Positions 15,999 to 24,575 of a DNA stretch of 27,700 nucleotides are shown one piece after another. Numbering within the stretch: position 1 is the first letter of the stretch; every line of letters begins with the position of its first letter. The stretch lies in the IMG/VR virus record IMGVR_UViG_3300009109_000027, positions 1 through 27,700 of that record; one strand, 5' to 3'. This stretch comes from a virus (taxonomy: Duplodnaviria; Caudoviricetes). Both the position numbers and the translations under genes were made by a program. The notes below the pieces were generated by a model, which was given only the letters and a program-made list of their open reading frames with translations, ran no database searches and had not been told where the DNA came from.

Positions 15999-17639
15999 TC
16001 AACCCACGCCGGACAAAAGCGCCTCGAACTCGTCTAAACCACCCAACTGGCCGCCCAGAGACTGAGAAGTCTGACCGCGTTGAGCACCAGCCAAGATCGC
16101 CGACTGTGCAGGGGCACGCAACGCCGACCCGAACGACTCCTCCAAGTCACCGGCAGCCCGCTGCGCCGCCGTTATCAACCTTGCGCGAGTGTCCTCATCT
16201 GCGATATGGCTGAAATCTTGCGCCATCAACCCGGTAGCGACATCGTGAATAGGCTTCATTTCCTCGCTGACCGTGCGAGTGATCGCTGAAATGTCTTCCG
16301 CTGAATAAATCGGGGTGAGTTCATCCGGGTTCCACGGGAAACCAGTCAAACCAGCCATACGGCCCGCTGTGAGAATCATCTGGAACGCCTGATCCGGGTC
16401 CAATATCCCCGACTCCATCATCGAGTTGAACACATCAAACTGAGCCGAAGCAGCAGCAGCCACCTCGTCGGGGTTTTCTACACCCTGAACCTTGGCGGCT
16501 GTAGCGAACATGTCAGCAGCCATCTGCGTTGTGTTGGCCTTCTCCTCCTCGGTGCCGCCGAAAAACCCGCCGAGGACCGGCAGCGACTGAATAAAGTTCG
16601 CCGCCTTGCCGTCGGTCATAATGTTCAACGCCATGCCGACAGGTGCACCCACCAAAGCGCCAACCCCGCCGAACGACGCACCAAACGACGCCCCTATAAG
16701 AACGCCCTCCGCGATCTGATCTCCAGTTGTGCCCTCCTCGTACATTCGGGGAACACCCATCAGGTTGCCGACAATCGCGACGGCCATCGCCGGGTTCGCA
16801 GCCCTCAACAAACCAACAGCCCGAGAACCAGTCGCTGTGCTAGCAAGGCGACCGCCGCTGCTCTTAGCGGTCGCCTGTGCATACTCGTAAATCTTCTTTG
16901 GGTTGCGGAACGTCTTCGCCCAGTTCTGCAAACCCAACCGGGACTCCGCGTAAGCCGTGTGCGGCACAGGACCACCCGAAGTCGGCTTTACTGAAGTCGG
17001 ACCGGGCTTTGCTGAAGTCGGGTCGACTTTCAAAGCAGACGCTGCTGCACGAACAGTCTGCGGATTGCCCATCGGACGACCCGGACCAGTAGAACCAACC
17101 GGGCCCATCTCAAACGGCCCCTTACCGGTGCTGAAACCGGCACCAGTCGGAATCCTCGGACGACCAGCACCAGCGCCGCCAGCCGCCGCCGTGCGAGAAG
17201 GCACCTTCGCGGCGATCTGGTTGGCGAACTTGGAAAACGCGTCACCCAACCCGGACATCGCCGGGTCCTTCACCACTCCACCAACCTGCTGCGCCAACTT
17301 CGGCACCTGCAACATTGGACGGGACTTCAACGCCGGATTCGGCACCGCACCCGTGACACCGCGTCCCGCAACCTGTGCCGACCCCGGACCCGGCACATTC
17401 GCCGCAGAGCCATAATGGCCAGAAAGAAGATTCGGACGGCCAGCACCAGTACCGGGCTGAACCACAGTACGGCCCAACTGACCCGCCAACGGCGAAGGAA
17501 CAGACACACCGGCACGCACCGCGGCAGCAGTCGGCGCCCCGCCACCAGCCATAGACCGGAACTGTTGAGCGACCTGTGGTTGACCAGCGGCTTCGAACTG
17601 TTGCGCCAACTGGCCTAACAGATCAGCGGGAGTAGCCAT
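15999..17639 (-). CDS. Putative ejection protein with glycine-zipper membrane segment (546 aa)
   Basis: Gly/Pro/Ala-rich N-terminal half; hydrophobic GVLIGASFGASFGGVGALVGAPVG; position in the late block. Confidence 0.6.
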   Translation of the reverse strand: MATPADLLGQLAQQFEAAGQPQVAQQFRSMAGGGAPTAAAVRAGVSVPSPLAGQLGRTVVQPGTGAGRPNLLSGHYGSAANVPGPGSAQVAGRGVTGAVPNPALKSRPMLQVPKLAQQVGGVVKDPAMSGLGDAFSKFANQIAAKVPSRTAAAGGAGAGRPRIPTGAGFSTGKGPFEMGPVGSTGPGRPMGNPQTVRAAASALKVDPTSAKPGPTSVKPTSGGPVPHTAYAESRLGLQNWAKTFRNPKKIYEYAQATAKSSGGRLASTATGSRAVGLLRAANPAMAVAIVGNLMGVPRMYEEGTTGDQIAEGVLIGASFGASFGGVGALVGAPVGMALNIMTDGKAANFIQSLPVLGGFFGGTEEEKANTTQMAADMFATAAKVQGVENPDEVAAAASAQFDVFNSMMESGILDPDQAFQMILTAGRMAGLTGFPWNPDELTPIYSAEDISAITRTVSEEMKPIHDVATGLMAQDFSHIADEDTRARLITAAQRAAGDLEESFGSALRAPAQSAILAGAQRGQTSQSLGGQLGGLDEFEALLSGVG

Positions 17640-17653
17640 ATCAGAATCCTAAC

Positions 17654-20278
17654 CTATCTCGGCGGGCCATAAGCAGGCCCCGGTGTAGCCACGTCGGGGA
17701 ACTCGGTGTAACCCCCACCAGACCATGTAGACAGCGCCTGATTTACCAAATGGTCGGTGTTCATCACAGAAGCAGGAATGTTCGCCATCAACCCCTCCAA
17801 CACCGGCAACGCAAACGAATCCCGCAACGTCGCGGCCGTGCGATCCACACCGGTAGCGAAATCCGGGTAGTTCTTCACACCGACAGAGTTGAACGAATCG
17901 TACTGGTCGCGGTTCGCGTCACCCGGGTTTCCACCCTGTTTCGTGGTAGCCAACGGGTTGAACGCTGCCGTCGTACCCTCAGCAACGATCCAGTCGCCGA
18001 TCGTTTCCAGATTATTCGCCAACACAGGTGCACCGAGTTGATTCAGCAACGCTGTCGCAAAATCGGGGGACTGGTTGATCTGGTTACTCAGACGATCTGA
18101 TGTTGTTCTCCGTTGGCCGGGGTCCATCGTGTAACTGGACGGTCCGGGGGCCGCACCAAACAAACCGTCGAACGCTTCGTCGAAATCAAACTCTTCGAAC
18201 AGTTCAGGGTCAAAGTCGGGAACAAATACTTCGTCTTCGTCGGGTTCGAAACTCGGCGGCAGAGAACTCTCGGGTTCTTCGTCGGGTTCGAAACTCGGCG
18301 GCAGAGAACTCTCGGGTTCCTCTTCCTCACCTGGACCGGCAGGCGGGACGGGGGGGACATCGCCGGGGAAGTCGGGGACAAAGCCATCGTCTTCCTCTTC
18401 CTCACCTGGACCGGCAGGAGGGACATATCCGCCGCCGGGAATCTCCGGCGACGGATACATGCCTTCAGGGTCGGGGAAGTCGATGTCGGCGTTGATAAAG
18501 ATGTCGCCGACGCCGGGAATGTACGCCGAGCCGAGGTCGCTGGTGGCACCCGGATACGCAACCTCGTCGAACAGGTCGAACGCCGACGTGATTTGTTCAG
18601 CGTCAGCCTGCGACATGCCAGCCAGCACAGGCGCCCACTGTTCGATCGCCTGCTGCGCCGCCAAACTAGCGGCGATGCCGCCGCGGGCCGCTGCCTGTTC
18701 CATTTGGTCAGCGCGGTACGACTGTTTCGCATCGGTTACCTTGCGCCACTCTTCGTGCGCCGCCTCTGCCTTTGCCTGCTCCTCGGTGAACCCGATCCGT
18801 TGCAAATCGATTTCGTCTATTTGGCGTTCAACAGCGAGTTGCTGCAACAACTCGTCCGCAGCGAGGGTTCGACGGTCAAGACCGATGCCTTTCTCCTGCA
18901 ACTCGAGGGCATCCAGCGTCAACTGAATGTCGGCAGCGTCGTAATCCAACCCGGCCAGTTGGTTAGCGATGTCTTCACTATCCAACCCGAGTTCAGAAAG
19001 CCGACGAGTTTGGTCGGAAATCTCCAACTGGATGCCCAGCCGCTCCGTGTCCAACCGGGTAATCGCATCGGTCACATCCGCAGCAGACCTACCCAACCGG
19101 TCAGCCATGAACTCGACTTCAGCGAAATCCATGTCCAACGCACGCAGGTTCTGATCCAAGTCGATGTCGGCTCGTTGGCGGGCCGCTTCGAGTTCCTCGG
19201 ACTGGAAGCCGGTACGGGCCAGCAGTTCACGCGACGCCAAATCGAGACCCGTGTTGCGCAACGCCAACTCGTCCAACGCCAGTTCACGAGAACGATCCAA
19301 GTCTGTTACGTCTTCACGCAAACCGGTCGTGAACGACGCCCCACGGGCGTAAGCGTCTCGCAAAGCAGCCTTCATAGCCCGATCAGCCTGAAGTTCAGTC
19401 GCCTCCTCCTCCAAGTCGATTTGCTGCCTCTCTAAACTTATGCGTTCCTGTCCGACACCTGATTCCTCACCCAGCAAGGTTTCGCGGGCAGCGAGCAAAG
19501 ACTTGGTGATTTCATCCAACGCACCAACGTCTTCCTTCTGGTAACCAATCTCAGACTTCTGCAAATCGGTCATCGAAATCTGGTCAGCGATTGTGGCTAG
19601 ATTCCGGTTCAACGAAGCCTCGTCCAAATCGACATCGCCAAGTGTTTGCGTCAGAAAGTCGATGGCCTCGCCGACACCCGCCGCGTCTAAATCGATGCGT
19701 TCCTGCTCGATGCCGAGACCCGCACGCGCCAACCCGACACGGCCCAACATGTTGGCGGCCTCATCCTTATCCAACCCAACTTGTCGCAGACGCAAATCCA
19801 GTTCCTCGCCGGTTATCGCCGACAAGTCCATGTTCGCTGTAGCCGCAGCGAGAATGTTCTTCTCTCTGTCGTCTAAAAGACGGGTGCGTTCCTCCCAGTT
19901 GGTGAAATCGACAGGTTCAGTGGCCGCCTGCGCCGCCGACTCGTACTCTGTGAGCGAAGACAGCGCAGCAATGTCGAGCGCAGTCGAATCAACCGCCAAA
20001 TCTGTCGCCGAAGAAACAAGGTCCTGCGCTATCGAACCGATCACCGCGGGATCAGCAGGCGTCATCGACCCCGACAGCAGACCCGCGGTGAGATCAACCC
20101 ACTGATTAGTAGGAGTCTCGGTCCCGAAGTTGACCTGTGCTTCCCAGAAACTACCCGGAGGTGGGTCAGTCGGAGGCTGGGCGCCAGCCGCAGGCAGAGT
20201 GCCATCCGGAGCCTCCGAAGCACCCGGCGGGATCGCCGGGGTGTTCAACAGTTGACGGCCGAGATCACGTTTTACCAT
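17654..20278 (-). CDS. Acidic coiled-coil virion protein with Pro/Glu linker and putative lysozyme-like C-terminal domain (874 aa)
   Basis: About 400 aa of Leu-periodic acidic helix, PE repeats, and C-terminal WIVAEG...NPLATT...GVKNYPDFATG. Confidence 0.6.
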   Translation of the reverse strand: MVKRDLGRQLLNTPAIPPGASEAPDGTLPAAGAQPPTDPPPGSFWEAQVNFGTETPTNQWVDLTAGLLSGSMTPADPAVIGSIAQDLVSSATDLAVDSTALDIAALSSLTEYESAAQAATEPVDFTNWEERTRLLDDREKNILAAATANMDLSAITGEELDLRLRQVGLDKDEAANMLGRVGLARAGLGIEQERIDLDAAGVGEAIDFLTQTLGDVDLDEASLNRNLATIADQISMTDLQKSEIGYQKEDVGALDEITKSLLAARETLLGEESGVGQERISLERQQIDLEEEATELQADRAMKAALRDAYARGASFTTGLREDVTDLDRSRELALDELALRNTGLDLASRELLARTGFQSEELEAARQRADIDLDQNLRALDMDFAEVEFMADRLGRSAADVTDAITRLDTERLGIQLEISDQTRRLSELGLDSEDIANQLAGLDYDAADIQLTLDALELQEKGIGLDRRTLAADELLQQLAVERQIDEIDLQRIGFTEEQAKAEAAHEEWRKVTDAKQSYRADQMEQAAARGGIAASLAAQQAIEQWAPVLAGMSQADAEQITSAFDLFDEVAYPGATSDLGSAYIPGVGDIFINADIDFPDPEGMYPSPEIPGGGYVPPAGPGEEEEDDGFVPDFPGDVPPVPPAGPGEEEEPESSLPPSFEPDEEPESSLPPSFEPDEDEVFVPDFDPELFEEFDFDEAFDGLFGAAPGPSSYTMDPGQRRTTSDRLSNQINQSPDFATALLNQLGAPVLANNLETIGDWIVAEGTTAAFNPLATTKQGGNPGDANRDQYDSFNSVGVKNYPDFATGVDRTAATLRDSFALPVLEGLMANIPASVMNTDHLVNQALSTWSGGGYTEFPDVATPGPAYGPPR
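18234..18319. repeat. Perfect tandem repeat, 2 x 42 bp (encodes EPESSLPPSFEPDE)
   Basis: TCTTCGTCGGGTTCGAAACTCGGCGGCAGAGAACTCTCGGGT starts at 18234 and again at 18276. Confidence 0.95.
18317..18418. repeat. 27-bp direct repeat, 75 bp apart (encodes PAGPGEEEE)
   Basis: TTCCTCTTCCTCACCTGGACCGGCAGG at 18317-18343 and 18392-18418. Confidence 0.9.
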
Positions 20279-20958
20279 TCGCTACCCCACAACCAGCCCG
20301 GCACATACGTTTGACCAACCTGAATAAAATCTCCCTGATCGGTCCAACGCCGCGTCCGATCCAGCATTTCGGTCAACGAATCCATATACAACGCACGGGC
20401 TTCCTGCCACCGAGGATCGCGGTCCTTACGCAACGCAACCATTTCGCAGTACGTCGTGCATAAGTCTTCGTAACCAGCCGGAACAGGCACCGTTGAAGAA
20501 TCAGCAGTACCGTCAGTCGCCAAATCGGTGGAATGCTGGTAGTAATACACCTTCAACGTGCCCGCCTCAGAAGGAGTCGGGTACAACACGATCTTCAACG
20601 ACGGCGGATACCCCCACATTGTGTAAAACGTGGGATACCCTTTTGACGTGGTTTGCGACGACCACCACACCGTGTCCATCGAGTTGAAATCCCTGTACTC
20701 AAGTGGGTACACATTCGACGACGCTGTGGGCCGCCACTCAACCCTGTGGACACGCAACGTGTCAGTAGGCAACGTGTACTCCTGCGTGTCCGCAGACACC
20801 GAAACAGACGAAGTGGACTGCAAAGTTTCCGACCGGCGCGACATGTCGCGGGCCGCTTCGTTTATCCATGTACGCAACTCGGCGTCGGTCCATTGACCCG
20901 AAGTTGTTTCGTCGAGTTTGTTTCGTACGTCTGTTAGTAGCGAAGTGAGAGTAGCCAT
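20272..20958 (-). CDS. Head-tail adaptor / tail tubular protein A-like
   Basis: TLTSLLTDVRNKL...WTDAELRTWINEA, EYTLPTD, GYP..Y, LYPTP: typical adaptor pattern. Confidence 0.75.
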   Translation of the reverse strand: MATLTSLLTDVRNKLDETTSGQWTDAELRTWINEAARDMSRRSETLQSTSSVSVSADTQEYTLPTDTLRVHRVEWRPTASSNVYPLEYRDFNSMDTVWWSSQTTSKGYPTFYTMWGYPPSLKIVLYPTPSEAGTLKVYYYQHSTDLATDGTADSSTVPVPAGYEDLCTTYCEMVALRKDRDPRWQEARALYMDSLTEMLDRTRRWTDQGDFIQVGQTYVPGWLWGSEW

Positions 20959-20967
20959 GCAGCCATG

Positions 20968-22050
20968 TTACCAGCGTTCAGATTTGCGATCCCCGACGAG
21001 TATAGGCGCTTGCCACACTACACCGTTGCGGGGAACGGTAATCCAAAGAGCCTGCTGCGGAGGTTCAAACCCGAAGTTCATTGTCGAAGCAAACTCGTCG
21101 AACCCTTTTGTTGAACCATTCACGATCAACCCGTTCGACGCCGCCTGAATCAACTGATGCCAATGGCCGCAAACCATGATGTCGAACGGCTTCCCCATAG
21201 CCTCATAGTTTTGAAGTTTCTTTGCACGCATCCGTAGCAGGGGCGGCCAGAGTCCACCGATCCCCTGACCGCCCCGCGCCTGATCGCCGTGCGTCAACAA
21301 ATACGTCGTGTCATACACCGGGACGATCGCATCGGTTGACTCCGGTATCTGAAACGATACACGATCATCCGACTTGAACATGAGAGCCAACTGGTGTGCC
21401 AGAAACCAGTCGAAGTTGTCTCGTGCCCGCAGTTTCGACCGAGGCTTACGGGTTCGGCGAGAATGATTGCCGACAACGCACGGCACATGAACCTTGCCGA
21501 ACTCGTCGGCCAACATCGCTATACCGGAAGCGATATGTTCCGACCAAAACAACAACGACCCCAACATGGTGTCCTCGTTGGTTTCAGTTAGTTCGTCGTG
21601 GATGTCTCCCGAGAAAATGTCCCCCCCTAAGAACAACACCACGCCGTCGTATTCCAGACCCGACAAATACTCGCGGGTCAACACCACCGTCTTGTCGAAA
21701 AACCTTCGTAATCGCTTTACTGCTATCTTGCGGTCGTAGGCGTTTACGTCGTTCATTTCCTCCGGGCGCACCACCTCGTCGAAATGGCAGTCCGACAACA
21801 CGACACAGATCGTGCCGACAGAATCCTTCTTCGCCCGACGGGGCGTCAACCACTTCGGCGCCCCGGACAGTTTCGACTGCAACCCACGGAAAATCCGCAG
21901 TTCCTTCGACAACGCCACCAGTTCATCTTCGGCCTTCGACAACGCCGCCTTAGCGACATCGCGTTCAGCCCGAACCTGCGCCACCTGAGTGGCGGACACA
22001 AAGTCGGCGAGATCAGGCGTGGCGTCGTCTGAAGTGCTCAATCTTGGCAT
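20968..22050 (-). CDS. Calcineurin-like metallophosphoesterase with N-terminal coiled coil
   Basis: All five motifs present: SDCH, GGD, GNH, THGD, GHWH. Confidence 0.9.
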   Translation of the reverse strand: MPRLSTSDDATPDLADFVSATQVAQVRAERDVAKAALSKAEDELVALSKELRIFRGLQSKLSGAPKWLTPRRAKKDSVGTICVVLSDCHFDEVVRPEEMNDVNAYDRKIAVKRLRRFFDKTVVLTREYLSGLEYDGVVLFLGGDIFSGDIHDELTETNEDTMLGSLLFWSEHIASGIAMLADEFGKVHVPCVVGNHSRRTRKPRSKLRARDNFDWFLAHQLALMFKSDDRVSFQIPESTDAIVPVYDTTYLLTHGDQARGGQGIGGLWPPLLRMRAKKLQNYEAMGKPFDIMVCGHWHQLIQAASNGLIVNGSTKGFDEFASTMNFGFEPPQQALWITVPRNGVVWQAPILVGDRKSERW

Positions 22051-22228
22051 CCGTAGCCGCGTCGAACCCGATCAAGTGAAGCCAATGAACAACCTTGCGG
22101 GTGCCGATATGACTCATACTTAGAATCTGTTCCTTCACGTCGTCGGGAAGTTCCGTCTCCGCCCACATCGTCGTAGGACGACGGTAAGCGTCGGCGAACT
22201 CCTCCAACGTCTGCTGCTTAGAGGCCAT
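22013..22228 (-). CDS. Small helical (HTH-like) protein upstream of the phosphoesterase (71 aa)
   Basis: GGAGGTG SD before ATG 22228; overlaps both neighbours. Confidence 0.7.
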   Translation of the reverse strand: MASKQQTLEEFADAYRRPTTMWAETELPDDVKEQILSMSHIGTRKVVHWLHLIGFDAATDAKIEHFRRRHA

Positions 22229-22943
22229 ACGGCACCTCCGGTTTCCACATAGCCGTCCACGACTTGGCACCCACCACACCATCAACAACGAGAAGGCACG
22301 CCCGTTGAAGTCCTTTCACCGCACGCCTAGTTTTCCTGCCGAACACACCATCAGCGGTACCACAGTCGAAATCCAAATCATTCAACCGGTGCTGCACCAC
22401 CTTTACATCTTCCCCCCTTGAACCCCTCCGCAGCGGCGACATCGAAATCCTGCGACCCACGTCGGCCACCGCCAACGTGATCTGGTTCCAATCTGTTGCA
22501 GCGTCAACCTGTTTCGTATCCGGGTACGCGTTGCACGGAAACCAACCGGCTGCGTCCCGAGGCTGAAAATGCCACCATTCGCCACGGACAGTGGGTCGTA
22601 TCCCGTACCGGCGCGCCACCTCAGTAACCGACTTCTGGGAAATGCCGTTCCATTTCGTAATACGCAAATCGACGGCGTAGCAGAACCCGTCTGGTTGTTC
22701 CTGATGAAACGACCCCCGGAAATAACCATCGGGACGCTGCCAGTCAGGGTTGGCGGCAAGATTGCCCTTCCCCGATTTATACCTCTCGTATAACCATTTC
22801 TGTGCCGCATACGACCTGCACGCCGACACCACCTTGACTTTGTTGGCTATACGGCCATCAGAAAAGAAATGCTCGAGCCGTTCCTTGAACAGCGGATGAA
22901 GCAGGCTCAAGTCAACATGGCCGCCGGTTACTGGAATCATCAA
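22218..22943 (-). CDS. Endolysin: M15/VanY-like Zn peptidase plus C-terminal peptidoglycan-binding domain
   Basis: SACRS, SFH...AVD, EWWHF catalytic pattern; LRRGSRGEDVKVVQ..L...ADGVFG..T..AV..Q...VDGVVG..W (PG_binding_1). Confidence 0.9.
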   Translation of the reverse strand: MMIPVTGGHVDLSLLHPLFKERLEHFFSDGRIANKVKVVSACRSYAAQKWLYERYKSGKGNLAANPDWQRPDGYFRGSFHQEQPDGFCYAVDLRITKWNGISQKSVTEVARRYGIRPTVRGEWWHFQPRDAAGWFPCNAYPDTKQVDAATDWNQITLAVADVGRRISMSPLRRGSRGEDVKVVQHRLNDLDFDCGTADGVFGRKTRRAVKGLQRACLLVVDGVVGAKSWTAMWKPEVPYGL

Positions 22944-22947
22944 CCAC

Positions 22948-23121
22948 CTATTCGCCGTGATCTGCCCACATGTCCTTACGGGACTCGACGATTATCTTAG
23001 CAGACTCGTACTCGTAGGCGAGGTCAACGAGGTTGCCGTTCTCGAACACGCCGTAGCGTTTAGATACGAGTCCGGCACCCAGCAGAACAGGCAACGTCTT
23101 GATTTCATGGTCTACTACCAT
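22948..23121 (-). CDS. Hypothetical protein (57 aa)
   Basis: Manual translation MVVDHEIKTLPVLLGAGLVSKRYGVFENGNLVDLAYEYESAKIIVESRKDMWADHGE fills the gap exactly. Confidence 0.65.
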   Translation of the reverse strand: MVVDHEIKTLPVLLGAGLVSKRYGVFENGNLVDLAYEYESAKIIVESRKDMWADHGE

Positions 23122-23148
23122 GCACCAAAGGTTAGCCTACGGATGCGG

Positions 23149-23553
23149 TTAGGCCAAACCTCCGGGCCTCGACTCAACCAACCCTGTAATAATCACAGAG
23201 AACTTGCCGGTAGTCGAAGCCAACCCACGCAACATGTCTCCCTCCTCCAAAATCAGAGACAAAGAATCCGTGATCCCCGTCGCCTTCGCCGCAAACGAAT
23301 AATCGTAAAACACGGCGTTATCTATCCCCGACGTGCCACCCTTCGGAACCGAATGCAACCTGATCGTCTCAGCACCCGCAGACGTGTTGCAGAAAATGAG
23401 TTGCAACACCTCAGACCGGGCACCCGGCAGATTCGGAGACGTATACAACAACGTGTCCGTAGCAGGCAGATTGCCCCGGTAAAAAACTTTCCGAACGGTG
23501 TCCCGCTGAGGGTTCGCATACTGGATACCCAACGGGTTCTGCTGCTCAGCCAC
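23149..23553 (-). CDS. Small beta-rich virion/tail-associated protein (134 aa)
   Basis: GTG start at 23553. LYTSP...LIFCNT...LILEEGD.L pattern of small jelly-roll virion proteins. Confidence 0.65.
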   Translation of the reverse strand: MAEQQNPLGIQYANPQRDTVRKVFYRGNLPATDTLLYTSPNLPGARSEVLQLIFCNTSAGAETIRLHSVPKGGTSGIDNAVFYDYSFAAKATGITDSLSLILEEGDMLRGLASTTGKFSVIITGLVESRPGGLA

Positions 23554-23773
23554 TGCCCTGCTCCGCGTGCCACTCCAAATGCCTGTGCTGCCACTCTCGT
23601 ACAGACCGAATATCTTTACCAATCTCAGTGATATCGTCCGCTATCCCGTTGAGCCGAACCTGATTCGCTGCATGCTGCGACGTATTCTCGCGTCGATATC
23701 GTGACGCAATGACAGCGAATACTCCGCTGACCATTGCGGCACTGATTAGCCCTGCGAATCCGATCCATTCCAT
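23546..23773 (-). CDS. Holin-like membrane protein (one TM helix plus coiled coil)
   Basis: WIGFAGLISAAMVSGVFAVIA followed by an amphipathic helix ending HLEWH; close to the endolysin. Confidence 0.65.
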   Translation of the reverse strand: MEWIGFAGLISAAMVSGVFAVIASRYRRENTSQHAANQVRLNGIADDITEIGKDIRSVREWQHRHLEWHAEQGSG

Positions 23774-23776
23774 GTG

Positions 23777-23959
23777 TTATGCGGCTGCTTCTGCGTCGAT
23801 GGCTGCCTGCGTCGGCGGGTCGTTCGGCCACACAACCTCAGACACGCGGGAATACACGGACGGCAAATCCCTGAGGGCTTGCCTGTATGTGGCCCATTCC
23901 TCAGCGGTGTGGCCTGCCAACACTCCATACGCTGACGCAGCGTCACGGGCTAAACCCAT
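23777..23959 (-). CDS. Tail fibre assembly chaperone-like protein, apparently N-terminally truncated
   Basis: EWATYRQALRDLP....VVWP..P signature; only 60 aa. Confidence 0.7.
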   Translation of the reverse strand: MGLARDAASAYGVLAGHTAEEWATYRQALRDLPSVYSRVSEVVWPNDPPTQAAIDAEAAA

Positions 23960-23981
23960 AGCCTCATTCTATTCGGATCGG

Positions 23982-24575
23982 TCACAGCCGCACCTCGTCC
24001 CCGGCGCACATGGCATACGGGCCGTCAGCATCAACATAATGAGTGAACACCTGCACATGGTACGAGTCCAGCCCGCCGCCGTACAGGGCTGGGTCGAACG
24101 GGTCGCGCCAATGTTCCACCTCGTTGCCCCGGTACACAACCATGTCGCCGGGTTGCTGCGTCACCGACGTTTCACCATGTGCAGGATGGTCGGCAAGAAT
24201 CGGCCATGCGCCGCCGTAGTTGGAACCGATCAGCATTGTGCAACTAATCTCGCACGCTGGCCGGTCGGTGTGCTTCTCCAGAATCGCACCCGGCCGGTAC
24301 ACCCTGAAGTAGTTGTACGTCTGATGCAGCCGCAGCCCGGTGACTTCCTCCATGACAGGATGCAACCTGTGCTGGTTGAACATGAACACCGGGTCTTTGT
24401 AGGCGGCGAACATGCCGGGTGATTGGTCGTCACCTTCCCATTCTTCGGTGGCTTCACGCCACAGCGCATACCGGGTGATGAAATCAAGATCGTCAGCGGG
24501 GATACCTGACTTGACCGACGTGTACCAAGTCCCCTTGTCGGGTTTCGTCCACGCAGCAAACTTGGTGCCCATCAT
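23982..24575 (-). CDS. 2OG-Fe(II) oxygenase (phage type, RVY..G..L..HTDR..CEIS)
   Basis: HxD (HTD), GDMVVYRG, distal His in EHWR. ATGA coupling at 24575. Confidence 0.85.
   Translation of the reverse strand: MMGTKFAAWTKPDKGTWYTSVKSGIPADDLDFITRYALWREATEEWEGDDQSPGMFAAYKDPVFMFNQHRLHPVMEEVTGLRLHQTYNYFRVYRPGAILEKHTDRPACEISCTMLIGSNYGGAWPILADHPAHGETSVTQQPGDMVVYRGNEVEHWRDPFDPALYGGGLDSYHVQVFTHYVDADGPYAMCAGDEVRL

Noticed and set aside
16975-17025. Short repeat (CT)GAAGTCGG x3
   Set aside because: Explained by the low-complexity peptide PTSAKPGPTSVKPTS; too short to imply a separate element.
18113-19435. 440-aa plus-strand ORF and similar long antisense ORFs (11760-12797, 12975-13727, 13866-14789, 22957-23631)
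   Set aside because: Shadow frames opposite well-supported genes in GC-rich DNA; no motifs or start signals.
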